Shown: positions 17,574 through 25,547 of the stretch, one piece after another
Numbering within the stretch: the first letter of the stretch is position 1
Layout: every line of letters begins with the position of its first letter
Assembly: GCA_035603315.1 (NCBI GenBank)
Contig: DATNKQ010000484.1
Coordinates: forward strand, 1 to 32,269
From: Thermoanaerobaculia bacterium
GTDB lineage: Bacteria > Acidobacteriota > Thermoanaerobaculia > Multivoradales > UBA5704
Direction of reading: 5' to 3'
Length of the DNA stretch: 32,269 bases
Notes under the pieces: generated by a model
The model's database searches: none
Told to the model about the DNA's origin: nothing
What the model saw: only the letters and a program-made list of their open reading frames with translations
Program-made: the position numbers and the translations under genes

Positions 17574-19069
17574 GACGATTCCTCCTCGCCGCCGCCGGCT
17601 GGCTTCTGCCCCGCTCCGCTCCTCCGCGGGCGCCGCCCCTCCAGCCGCTCGGCGAGCGCCACCGCGGCCAGGAGTGCCGCCGCCTTATTCTCGGTCTCCC
17701 GCTCCTCGGCGGCGGGATCGGAGTCGGCGACGATGCCGGCGCCGGCGGTCACCGAGGTCTCGCCGCCCCGAACGACCAGCGTGCGGATGGTGATGCAGGT
17801 GTCGATGTCGCCCGAGTAGGAGAGGTATCCCACGGCGCCGGCATAGGGTCCTCGCGCCTCCGGCTCCAGGGCGTCGATGATCTCCATGGCGCGGATCTTG
17901 GGCGCGCCGGAGACCGTGCCGGCGGGGAAGCAGGCGAGGAGAGCGTCCAGGGCGTCGCCTCCATCGAGCTCCGCCTCGACGCTCGATACCAGGTGCATGA
18001 CGTGGCTGTAGCGCTCCACCTGGAGGAAGGTCGGCACGCGAACGCTGCCGGCGACTGCCACCTTGCCGAGGTCGTTCCTCCCCAGGTCGACGAGCATGAC
18101 GTGCTCGGCCCGCTCCTTGGGATCGGCGAGCAGGTCGGCGGCGAGCAGGCCGTCCCCCTCGTCGTCGGCGCCGCGCGGCCGGGTGCCGGCGATCGGGCGA
18201 GTCTCCAGCCGGCGGCCGGTCTTGCGCACCAGCATCTCGGGCGATGCCCCCACCAGGGCCGCCTCGGGCGCCTCGAGGAGGACCATGTAAGGGCTGGGGT
18301 TGACCATGCGGAGCGCCCGGTAGAGCGCCAGCGGCTCCACCCGCTGGGGCACCTTCCACCGCCGGGCGAGCACGACCTGAAAAATGTCGCCGGCGGCGAT
18401 GTGCTCCTTGGCCGTCAGCACGGCCCGCCGGAAAGCCGGCCCGTCGAGGCTGGGCGGCGGCGCCGGCAGCGCCCGCGCGGGTCCCGCCGGCATCGCCACC
18501 GCGCCGCCCGGCTCTCCCTCCGTGAGCAGGCGCGACAGCCGCGCCAGCTCGCGCTCGGCGGCGGCGGCGACGACGTCTCCCTCGATCTCGTTGGCGACGG
18601 CCAGCACCCGCTGGCGGGCATGGTCGAAGATCACCAGGGTGTCGAAGCGGGCGAGGAGGGCGATCGGCAGGCCGAAGGGGTCGGGAGGCCGCGAGGGAAG
18701 GTGTTCCACCAGACGCGCCAGGTCGTAGCCGAAGTAGCCGACGAGGCCGCCGGTGAAGGGAATGGGACCGGGCTCGGCCACGACGGCGCCGATCACCCGC
18801 CGCAGGGCGTCGAGCGCCGGCCCCGGCAGCCGCTTGCGCCGCCCGTCGCGCTCGACCTCCAGGTGGTCCTCGTAGAGGCGGTAGATCTCCCGCGGGCCGG
18901 CGCCCAGGAAGCTGAAGCGCGAGACCCGCTCGCCTCCTGCCACGCTCTCCAAGAGGAAGCGGGTCGGCGAGACGCTCGCCAGCCGCCGATAGACGCCGAG
19001 CGGAGTCAGGCTGTCGGCCAGGAACTCGCGGATGTGAGGCACCGCGCGGCGGGGAGTCGGAGCGGTCAT
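17570..19069 (-). CDS. trpE: Anthranilate synthase component I
   Basis: RFLLESV, SPYMVLL, GTVSGAPK and GAGIVADSDP motifs. The ATG at 19069 forms an ATGA overlap with the aroDE stop. This CDS is the C-terminal part of the track ORF 17570..20650. Confidence 0.93.
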   Translation of the reverse strand: MTAPTPRRAVPHIREFLADSLTPLGVYRRLASVSPTRFLLESVAGGERVSRFSFLGAGPREIYRLYEDHLEVERDGRRKRLPGPALDALRRVIGAVVAEPGPIPFTGGLVGYFGYDLARLVEHLPSRPPDPFGLPIALLARFDTLVIFDHARQRVLAVANEIEGDVVAAAAERELARLSRLLTEGEPGGAVAMPAGPARALPAPPPSLDGPAFRRAVLTAKEHIAAGDIFQVVLARRWKVPQRVEPLALYRALRMVNPSPYMVLLEAPEAALVGASPEMLVRKTGRRLETRPIAGTRPRGADDEGDGLLAADLLADPKERAEHVMLVDLGRNDLGKVAVAGSVRVPTFLQVERYSHVMHLVSSVEAELDGGDALDALLACFPAGTVSGAPKIRAMEIIDALEPEARGPYAGAVGYLSYSGDIDTCITIRTLVVRGGETSVTAGAGIVADSDPAAEERETENKAAALLAAVALAERLEGRRPRRSGAGQKPAGGGEEESS

Positions 19070-20616
19070 CTCGCCGGCGCCATCCTTGCGGCCGGCGCCG
19101 GCAGACCGAGGAGCTCGCGGGCGAGATCGCGCGGCATCTCGCGCCCCGTCATGCGGCGGAACTGGCCCAGCGCCTGGTCGAGGAGCACCTCGCGGCCGTC
19201 GATCGCAACCGCGCCTTGCGCCGCCGCCGCCGCGAGGAGCCGGGTCGGCGGCGGGAGCTCCGCCTCGCCGCCGGCGTCGTCCACCCCGCCGTCCAGCGGA
19301 TACACGAGGTCGATGACCACCGCCCCGGGCGCCAGGCAGTCGACGGCGAAGGGAAGCGGGTCGTCGGGCTCGCGCCCCAGGGGGGTGGCGTTGACCAGCA
19401 GCTCGAAGCCGGCGGGGTCGACGTCGGCGAGCGGCAGGAAGGGCAGGTGGAGATCGGCGGCGGCGCGCTCGCCGGCTTCCGCGCTGCGGTTGGCCAGGGT
19501 CACCCGCGCGCCGCTGGTCGCCAGGCCGACCGCCGCCGAGCGCCCGGCGCCGCCGGCGCCGACCACCAGCGCGCGCTTGCCCCGCGGGTCGATGCCGCGC
19601 TCCGCCAGCGGCAGCACCACCCCTTCGGGATCGGTCGATTCGGCCTCCCACACGCCGGCGTTCCAGACCAGGGTGTTGGCGGCGCCTATGCGACCGGCGA
19701 GCGGGCTCTCGGCGCCGGCCACGGCCAGCGCCGCAGCCTTCCAGGGCGCCGTCACCGAAAGACCGCGGATCGGCATCCCGAGCGCCTCTAGCACGCCCCC
19801 CTCGACCACCTCCAGCCAGAAATCGCCGAAGGCGGCGGTGTGGAAGGGGAGGTAGAGGGCGGGTATGCCGAGCGCCCGGTAGGCGCCGTTGTGGAGGCGC
19901 GGCGACAGCGAGTGCGCGACCGGGTTGCCGACGATGCCGAAGAGCTTCTCGACCGGCGGCAGGTCGGGGAGGCCGTAGTCGCGCTGCAGTCGGCGGAGCG
20001 AAATCTGCCCCGGCGCCCCAGCCACCCGGCCCACGGCGCCGTAGACGACGGGCGCCCCCAGGCGCGGAGCGATGAGGCGGGTCCAGGCGCCGGAAAGGCC
20101 GGAGGCGAAGGCGGCGACGTCGGCCCGCTGGAGCGCCTGGAGCAGCAGGAGAGGGGCGAGCTCCTCGCCCGGCTGCACTGCGGCGGGAACCAGCTTGTAG
20201 AGCAAGGCCTCGGCCGCCAGCATGCGGTTGAAGCGCGACTGCAGGCCCGCTAGCCCCGGCGCCGCGCCGTGCCAGGAGACGATGCGGCGCTCCGGCGCCA
20301 CCGCCTGGAGCAGCTCGGGGGCGAGGTCCCGCTCGCTTTCGAGGTCGACGAGGTCGTAGCGGGAGGCGGCCTCGAGGAGCCGCCGGCGCCGGCGATCGGC
20401 CGAGCTCTCGAAGGCACCCCCCTCGCCCCGGCTGCGCAGGGTGTAGAGGAGCTTGCCCGGGAAGCGGGCGCGGAGCGGCGCGGGATCGAGGTCCCCCGTC
20501 AGGTCGGCGCGCACCTCCAGCCAGTCCGCTCCCGTCAGCGGTCCGAGGCCGGCCGCGGAGGGAGCCGTGGTGAGGGTGGCGACCAGGGTCGCCTTCCTGG
20601 CTTCGCTCAAAAGCAA
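19066..20616 (-). CDS. aroDE: Bifunctional type I 3-dehydroquinate dehydratase / shikimate 5-dehydrogenase (AroD-AroE fusion)
   Basis: The N-terminal half has type I DHQase landmarks (WLEVRADL, RSRGEGG, VSWHG, LYKLV with the putative Schiff-base Lys, APGQIS). The C-terminal half is AroE-like (GIVGNPVAHSLSP, LSVTAPWK, Rossmann VVGAGGAGR, NATPLG). Only TTG starts are available (20616 or 20610), and 20610 has the better spacing to AAGGAG. Confidence 0.85.
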   Translation of the reverse strand: MLLSEARKATLVATLTTAPSAAGLGPLTGADWLEVRADLTGDLDPAPLRARFPGKLLYTLRSRGEGGAFESSADRRRRRLLEAASRYDLVDLESERDLAPELLQAVAPERRIVSWHGAAPGLAGLQSRFNRMLAAEALLYKLVPAAVQPGEELAPLLLLQALQRADVAAFASGLSGAWTRLIAPRLGAPVVYGAVGRVAGAPGQISLRRLQRDYGLPDLPPVEKLFGIVGNPVAHSLSPRLHNGAYRALGIPALYLPFHTAAFGDFWLEVVEGGVLEALGMPIRGLSVTAPWKAAALAVAGAESPLAGRIGAANTLVWNAGVWEAESTDPEGVVLPLAERGIDPRGKRALVVGAGGAGRSAAVGLATSGARVTLANRSAEAGERAAADLHLPFLPLADVDPAGFELLVNATPLGREPDDPLPFAVDCLAPGAVVIDLVYPLDGGVDDAGGEAELPPPTRLLAAAAAQGAVAIDGREVLLDQALGQFRRMTGREMPRDLARELLGLPAPAARMAPAR

Positions 20617-20643
20617 AAGCTCCTTCCGGACCCGGAAGGAGCT
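20609..20643 (-). terminator. Intrinsic terminator (attenuator) in the 5' leader of aroDE-trpEGDCFBA
   Basis: Minus strand: AGCTCCTTCCG (20643-20633), loop GGTC, CGGAAGGAGCT (20628-20618), then TTTTGCTTTTG. This gives an 11-bp perfect stem. No upstream minus-strand gene exists for it to terminate. Confidence 0.75.
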
Positions 20644-20700
20644 GGCTCACGGTGCTGGCGGATAGCTCGTCCCGGGTCGCGGCCGGGACGCCGCCCGGCC
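20631..20700 (-). promoter_or_regulatory. Overlapping alternative helices (anti-antiterminator and antiterminator) of the trp attenuator
   Basis: H0: GGCCGGG 20700-20694 / CCCGGCC 20687-20681. H1: CGTCCCGG 20690-20683 / CCGGGACG 20675-20668. H2: CCCGGGACGAGCT 20676-20664 / AGCTCCTTCCGGG 20643-20631, with 12 of 13 positions paired including one G-U. Each helix shares bases with the next. Confidence 0.6.
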
Positions 20701-20771
20701 TAGATCGCCTGAAGGTGAGCGCACCACTGCCAGCTCAGGGAATCGAAGCGGCGGCGGTGCGGTGCGTTCAT
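20700..20771 (-). CDS. trp operon leader peptide (trpL-like), 23 aa, with two Trp codons
   Basis: Hand translation of the minus strand gives ATG(20771) MNAPHRRRFDSLSWQWCAHLQAI TAG(20702-20700). The TGG codons are at 20732-20730 and 20726-20724. AAAGGG lies 8 nt upstream of the ATG. The ORF is too short to appear in the track. Confidence 0.7.
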   Translation of the reverse strand: MNAPHRRRFDSLSWQWCAHLQAI

Positions 20772-20794
20772 CGTCGGGACCCTTTGGCCGGTCG

Positions 20795-20823
20795 ATTACA
20801 GCAGGGCGACCGAAGCCTGTCAA
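20795..20823 (-). promoter_or_regulatory. Near-consensus sigma-70 promoter for the trp leader/operon
   Basis: Minus strand: TTGACA (20823-20818), a 17-nt spacer, then TGTAAT (20800-20795). The -10 element ends 23 nt upstream of the leader ATG. Confidence 0.65.
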
Positions 20824-20878
20824 GACGATCCTGCTACGCTTACCGAGCGCCGGCGCGCCGCGCCGGACGAGCGGGCAG

Positions 20879-21613
20879 ATGCGAATCGCCATCGTCTCCG
20901 ATATTCACGGGAATCTCACGGCCTTGGAAGCGGTCGTAGCCGATCTTCGGCGCCGGGCCCCCGACCTCATTCTCCAGGGTGGCGACCTCGCGGCGAGCGG
21001 GGCGCGCCCTGCCGAAGTCGTCGATCGCATTCGGGAGCTCGGCTGGGCGGGAGTTTGCGGCAACACCGATGAGATGCTGTGGGCCCCCGAGCGCCTGTCG
21101 GATCTCGCGCGAAAGCACCCTCAACAGCAAGGGCTCTGGCGAGTCGTCCAGGAGATTGCGGCCCGCACTCGCGAGTGGCTGGGCGAGGAGCGGATCAACT
21201 GGCTGCAAAGCATCCCCCGCGAGGTCCGCCGCCATCCGGTCGCTCTCGTCCACGCGAGCCCCGGCGATCTTTGGGTGGCGCCATCGTTCGAAGCCAGCGA
21301 TGCGGAGCTCGGCGCGGCCTACCGCTCGCTGGCGGCGCCCGTCGTCGCCTACGGTCATATCCACCGGCCCTTCGTCCGGAAGGTCGGCTCGCAAATCGTC
21401 GCCAACACCGGCAGCGTGAGCCTCTCGCACGATTCCGACCCGCGAGCGTCGTATCTCCTCATCGACGACCTCGAGGTCACCGTTCAGCGCGTCGAGTACG
21501 ACGTCGAGCGCGAGGCGGCGGCGCTTCTCGACTCGGGCCTGCCGCAAGCGGAATGGCTGTGCGCATTGCTGCGAGCGGCTCAACCCCTCCCACTGCCAGA
21601 GCCGAGCGACTGA
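20879..21613 (+). CDS. Metallophosphoesterase (calcineurin-like, YfcE/MJ0936-type)
   Basis: Ordered motifs VSDIHGN, QGGDL, CGNTDE, LVHASP and YGHIHRP. The start was set at ATG 20879 (MRIAIVSDIHGN) rather than track start 20762, which would run through the trp promoter/leader. Confidence 0.88.
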   Translation: MRIAIVSDIHGNLTALEAVVADLRRRAPDLILQGGDLAASGARPAEVVDRIRELGWAGVCGNTDEMLWAPERLSDLARKHPQQQGLWRVVQEIAARTREWLGEERINWLQSIPREVRRHPVALVHASPGDLWVAPSFEASDAELGAAYRSLAAPVVAYGHIHRPFVRKVGSQIVANTGSVSLSHDSDPRASYLLIDDLEVTVQRVEYDVEREAAALLDSGLPQAEWLCALLRAAQPLPLPEPSD

Positions 21614-21634
21614 TCCGCTGCCAAGCCCGATGGT

Positions 21635-21949
21635 ATGCTGCCGGGCATGGCGGACAAGGACAAGGCGGCGGGGATGAAGTCGGCGTACGAGCTCGCCCTC
21701 GAGCGCATGGAACGCCAGGGGATCCAACGCCCCGAGTCGCTGTCCGACGAGGTCCGCGAGAAGGTGGCCGAGGCCCGGCGGCAGGCGGAGGCGAAGCTCG
21801 CCGAGATCGAGATCCTCCATCGCGACCGGCTGAAGGGGATTTACGACCCGGCCCAGCGCAAGGAGGAGGAGGAGACCTACCTCCTCGAGCGACGGCGCAT
21901 CGAAGCCGAGCGCGACAAGAAGGTCGAGAAGCTCCGCGGCTCCTCCTGA
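21635..21949 (+). CDS. Small highly charged, probably coiled-coil hypothetical protein
   Basis: The 104-aa ORF has a Glu/Arg/Lys-rich composition with coding-like codon usage. It has no TM segment and no recognisable motif. An alternative start is ATG 21647. Confidence 0.5.
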   Translation: MLPGMADKDKAAGMKSAYELALERMERQGIQRPESLSDEVREKVAEARRQAEAKLAEIEILHRDRLKGIYDPAQRKEEEETYLLERRRIEAERDKKVEKLRGSS

Positions 21950-21984
21950 CGCGAAGCCAGCGCGCAACCCCCCTCCCAACCGAT

Positions 21985-23613
21985 CTACCCGAACGCCGCC
22001 GCGAACCTTCGCACGGCGCCGGCGCTGCCGCAGACGTAGACGGTGTCGCCGCCGCCGAAGCGGAAGTCGGGGCCGAGGTCGACCAGCACCTCCTCGCCGC
22101 GTTCCACGGCCACGATCGAGCAGCCGGTGCGCTCGCGGACGCCCAGGTCCGCGGGATGGCGGCCGGCGAGCGCCCGGGCCGGGATCTTGAGGATCTTGAG
22201 CTGCGGATCGACCGAAACCGCCTCCTCGCCCAGGAGCTTGCGGGCAAGCATCTGGCCGGAGACCTGGCTGATCGACAACGCGAACGAGGCGCCGGCGCGG
22301 TGGATGCGCTCGACGTTGGCCGCCTGATTGACGCGGGCGATCACCGGCACCAGGGGCGCCGACTCTTTGAGGATGACGGTGGCGAAGAGGGTGGCGCTGT
22401 CGGTGTCGAGGGCGAGGATCACCGCCTTGGCCGTCGCCACCCCGGCCGCCTCGAGCAGGCGAGGATCGAGGACGTCTCCCACCAGGTCGACGCCTTCGCC
22501 CGGCCGGCGGTCGATGACCAGCACCCGCTCGCCCACCGCGGCCAGCAGCTCGACCACCTTGCGGCCCACCTCGCCGAAGCCGCCGACGACGAACGGGCCC
22601 TGGCGGGCAGGCGCGGCGGCGCCGCGCGCCAGGTCGGTAACCCGCTGCACGCTGTCGCCGCTCCCCACCACGATGAGGACGCTCTCCGGCTGGAGGCGCA
22701 TCCCCGGCTCCAAACGGGTGCGCAGGTCGCCGCCCACCCATTCGCCGATCACCGTGGCGCCGGTCCGGGCGCCGATCCCGGACTCGCCCAGGGTGCGGCC
22801 GGCGAGCGCGCTTCCCGGCTCGATCCGCACCTCGGCCACCTCGATGTTGCTCCCGAGCTGCTGCACCTCGGCGAGGCGCGGGCTGATGCGGGGGCTGGCG
22901 CGGGCGGCCAGGGCCGCCCCCAGGATGTGGCGCGGGGTGAAGACCGCGCTCGCCCCGGCATAGATCATGGGCTGGCGATAGAACGGCTCCTCGACCAGGG
23001 CGAGGACGGTGCCGGCGAACCCCGACTGCCGCGCCGCCAGGAGGAGGGCGGCGTTGGCGTCGTCGCCGCCGTTGGCGATGAGGGCGCGCGCCGCCGGCAG
23101 GCGCGCCGCCTGGAGCGCGGCGTCATCCATGGCGCGATGGACGACCCGCTGCCCGGCCTCGAACAGCCGCCGCGCCGCCGGCTCGTCCTCCTCCAGGACG
23201 AGGGTGGGCACGCGGGCCGCGGCGAGCTCGGCCAGGAGGGTCTCGACCGCCGGCCCGTAACGGTAGATGAGCACGTGCCCCGCCAGGCCGGCCTCCGCCC
23301 GCTGCGGCAGGCGGGTCTCGAAGCGCTCCTCGAGGAAGGGGAGGAGGTAGATGGGGACGACGAGCAGGAGGAGGAAGATGCCGGCGAACTGCACGGCGAC
23401 GACGTAGAGCACCATCGCCGGGTGGCTCCAGCGGGCGTCGGCGCCGTAGCCGGTGGTGGTGAGCGTCTCCCCCGCCCACTCGACGCTGTCCCAGAACCCT
23501 CGCGGCCGCCCTTCGAGGAGCGCCATCCCCGCCATGTAGAGGAGCGCCGCCGAGATCACCAGGAGGGGGATCCCCAGGACGAGGAGCGCGAGCCGCCGCT
23601 GAGAGCGCTTCAC
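21985..23613 (-). CDS. Two-TM potassium channel with tandem RCK (TrkA-N/TrkA-C) gating domains
   Basis: Selectivity filter TLTTTGYGAD lies between two TM helices. The cytoplasmic region has Rossmann-like FVVGGFGEVGRKVVELL and TrkA-C-like segments (VRIEPGSALAGRTLGESGIG; KIPARALAGRHPADLGV). Confidence 0.88.
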   Translation of the reverse strand: MKRSQRRLALLVLGIPLLVISAALLYMAGMALLEGRPRGFWDSVEWAGETLTTTGYGADARWSHPAMVLYVVAVQFAGIFLLLLVVPIYLLPFLEERFETRLPQRAEAGLAGHVLIYRYGPAVETLLAELAAARVPTLVLEEDEPAARRLFEAGQRVVHRAMDDAALQAARLPAARALIANGGDDANAALLLAARQSGFAGTVLALVEEPFYRQPMIYAGASAVFTPRHILGAALAARASPRISPRLAEVQQLGSNIEVAEVRIEPGSALAGRTLGESGIGARTGATVIGEWVGGDLRTRLEPGMRLQPESVLIVVGSGDSVQRVTDLARGAAAPARQGPFVVGGFGEVGRKVVELLAAVGERVLVIDRRPGEGVDLVGDVLDPRLLEAAGVATAKAVILALDTDSATLFATVILKESAPLVPVIARVNQAANVERIHRAGASFALSISQVSGQMLARKLLGEEAVSVDPQLKILKIPARALAGRHPADLGVRERTGCSIVAVERGEEVLVDLGPDFRFGGGDTVYVCGSAGAVRRFAAAFG

Positions 23614-23655
23614 GGGGGGATTCTACGGCCGGCGCGGCGGGGGGCTCTGGACCGC

Positions 23656-24018
23656 TCAGTAGGGCATGTCCTCTTCGTCCAGCCCGAAGTGGTGGCCGAG
23701 CTCGTGGATCACCGTGTCGCGGACCTCGCGGATGACCTGCCGGCGGTTCTCGCAGTGGCGGAGGATGGGGCCGCGGTAGATGGCCACCCGGTCGGGGAGG
23801 GCCAGGTAGTGCGAGTCGCGCTCCGCCAACGGCACCCCCTGGTAGAGGCCGAAGAGCTCGTCCTCCTCGGGATCGAGCCCGAGGTCCTCCAGATCTTCGA
23901 GGGCGGGCTCCTCCTCGACGACGACGGCGACGTTTTCCAGCAGGTCGGCGAACTCCTCCGGCAGCCCGTCCAGGGCCTGCTCGACGAGAGCCGCGAACTC
24001 CTCCGGGGGCACGCGCAC
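23656..24018 (-). CDS. Zincin-like metallopeptidase family protein (small acidic HExxH protein)
   Basis: HExxH motif VIHELGHHFG near the C-terminus, and an acidic N-terminal region. The GTG start lacks a clear SD, so the start is uncertain. Confidence 0.75.
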   Translation of the reverse strand: MRVPPEEFAALVEQALDGLPEEFADLLENVAVVVEEEPALEDLEDLGLDPEEDELFGLYQGVPLAERDSHYLALPDRVAIYRGPILRHCENRRQVIREVRDTVIHELGHHFGLDEEDMPY

Positions 24019-24138
24019 GGGAGGAGCTTAGCGGCCGCCGGCCGCCGCCGGCAATCTCGCGCCCCGGAGGCCCGTGGACGGGGTGGCATAATCTCCACGC
24101 CGCGCTTCCCCTGCCCCGATCCTGCGCTCAACGACGCG

Positions 24139-25530
24139 ATGATTCCCTCCCCCCGCGCTCACCGTCCCACGTGGCCCATGGCGGCCGTCCTGTTGCTTGC
24201 GGCCCTCCATATGCTGGTCTTCGACCGCGGCCTGGGGGGCGACGGCTGGGCCAGCTTCGCCGCCCTCGAGTCGATCGTCGACGACGGCGATCTCTGGCTC
24301 GAGAACAACCAGCGCGGGGTGATGAACGGCCTCGTCCGCAGCCCGTCGGGGCACCTCGTTATGCAATACCCGCCGGGTATCCTCATCCTCGACCTCCCTC
24401 CCTTCCTCGCCGGCCGGGCGGCCGACGCCATCCTCCCCACCCGCTGGCATGGGAACGGCGCCGAGCTCCCCCCGGCCGGACGGGTGCCGCGCCGCGTCTT
24501 CCTCTCCGCCGCGGCGATCGTCCTGGCCCGCAATGCCGCGACCCTCTTGGGCCTCCTCTGGCTCGCCCTCGCTCTGCGGCGCCTAGGTTTCGGAGAGAAG
24601 ATCTCGGCGGCCGCCACCGCTCTCGCCTTCTTCGGCGGGCCGCTCCTCTTCTACTCCCTGGTGGCGATGACCCATGCCCCCGCCTTCGCGCTGGCGAGCC
24701 TGCTGCTCCTCCTCCTCGTCCGCCAGCGCGAGACGGGGAGTCTCCGGCTCGCCGTGGCGGTGGGGCTCGTCGCCGGACTGGCGACCCTCGTGCGCTTCGG
24801 CGCCGTCGCCCTCCTGCCCGCCGCGCTCCTCGGCCTGGCCTCGGCGTCGGGCGGGGAACGCCGGCAGGCCGCCGGAACCCTCCGCGTAACGGCCGCCCTG
24901 GCCGCCTTTGCGCTGCCTCTCCTCCTCCTTCCCTTCTACTGGCGGGCGAGCTCCGGCACCTGGGGGCCGCCGGGATACGGGGGCGCCTTCCACGTCACCG
25001 CCGCCTCGCCCTGGAACGTCCTCCTCTCGCCCCGCCACGGCCTCTTCCTCTTCCACCCGGCCCTGCTGCTGGCGGCGGCCGGGCTCGCCGGCTGCGCTTG
25101 GACCGAGGCCCGAACGAAGGGCGCACCGCGCTCACCATCGCAGGTAGGGATAGGAACGATCGCGCTCCTCTGGTTCGTCGGGGTGGCCCTTCTGCACGGC
25201 TGGTGGTCGGAGTGGGCGAACGCTGGCGGTTTCGGGCAGCGTTTCCTCATCGATGCCCTCCCCTCCGCCGCGCTCGGCTTCGCCTGGCTCCTTGCCGGGC
25301 CGGGCGGCAGGCTCCGGCGGCCGGCGCTCCTTGCCTGCTGCGTGGCTGCCGCCTTCGGCTACCTCCTCTTTTTCGCCGCCGTCGCGGGTCTCGTCCCCGC
25401 TCCCGCCCCCTATCCCTGGCCGCAGCGGCTCGCCGACTACCGGCCGCTGATCGAGAGACCGCCCCGGCCGGGCGAGGTCTGGGCGGGGCTCGAACGGGCC
25501 TCCCTCCTGGTGCGCTCGCTCCGCAGGTGA
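24139..25530 (+). CDS. Polytopic membrane protein, GT-C-fold glycosyltransferase-like
   Basis: This CDS is the C-terminal part of the track ORF 21079..25530. It has at least 10 hydrophobic helices and an acidic first loop (ALESIVDDGDLWLENN). The start is ATG 24139 or 24178. The function call is by architecture only. Confidence 0.55.
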   Translation: MIPSPRAHRPTWPMAAVLLLAALHMLVFDRGLGGDGWASFAALESIVDDGDLWLENNQRGVMNGLVRSPSGHLVMQYPPGILILDLPPFLAGRAADAILPTRWHGNGAELPPAGRVPRRVFLSAAAIVLARNAATLLGLLWLALALRRLGFGEKISAAATALAFFGGPLLFYSLVAMTHAPAFALASLLLLLLVRQRETGSLRLAVAVGLVAGLATLVRFGAVALLPAALLGLASASGGERRQAAGTLRVTAALAAFALPLLLLPFYWRASSGTWGPPGYGGAFHVTAASPWNVLLSPRHGLFLFHPALLLAAAGLAGCAWTEARTKGAPRSPSQVGIGTIALLWFVGVALLHGWWSEWANAGGFGQRFLIDALPSAALGFAWLLAGPGGRLRRPALLACCVAAAFGYLLFFAAVAGLVPAPAPYPWPQRLADYRPLIERPPRPGEVWAGLERASLLVRSLRR

Positions 25531-25547
25531 TGCCGTAGACTGAAACC

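Noticed and set aside
15775-19855. Plus-strand ORFs 15775..17091, 16223..17056 and 17993..19855
   Set aside because: They are antisense to trpD, trpG, trpE and aroDE, and they have the same GC-artefact composition.
20647-20892. 81-aa minus-strand ORF across the trp leader region, and the N-terminal extension (20762-20878) of the phosphoesterase ORF
   Set aside because: The 81-aa ORF has no SD, an R/P-rich sequence and no Trp codons, and it runs through the promoter and hairpins. The phosphoesterase has a canonical N-terminus at ATG 20879 (MRIAIVSDIHGN).
20840-24138. Minus ORF 20840..22741 and the first ~1020 codons of the + ORF 21079..25530
   Set aside because: They overlap well-supported genes (phosphoesterase, K+ channel, zincin) on the other strand or in another frame, and they are R/G/P-rich. 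Only the part from ATG 24139 onward is a credible membrane protein.
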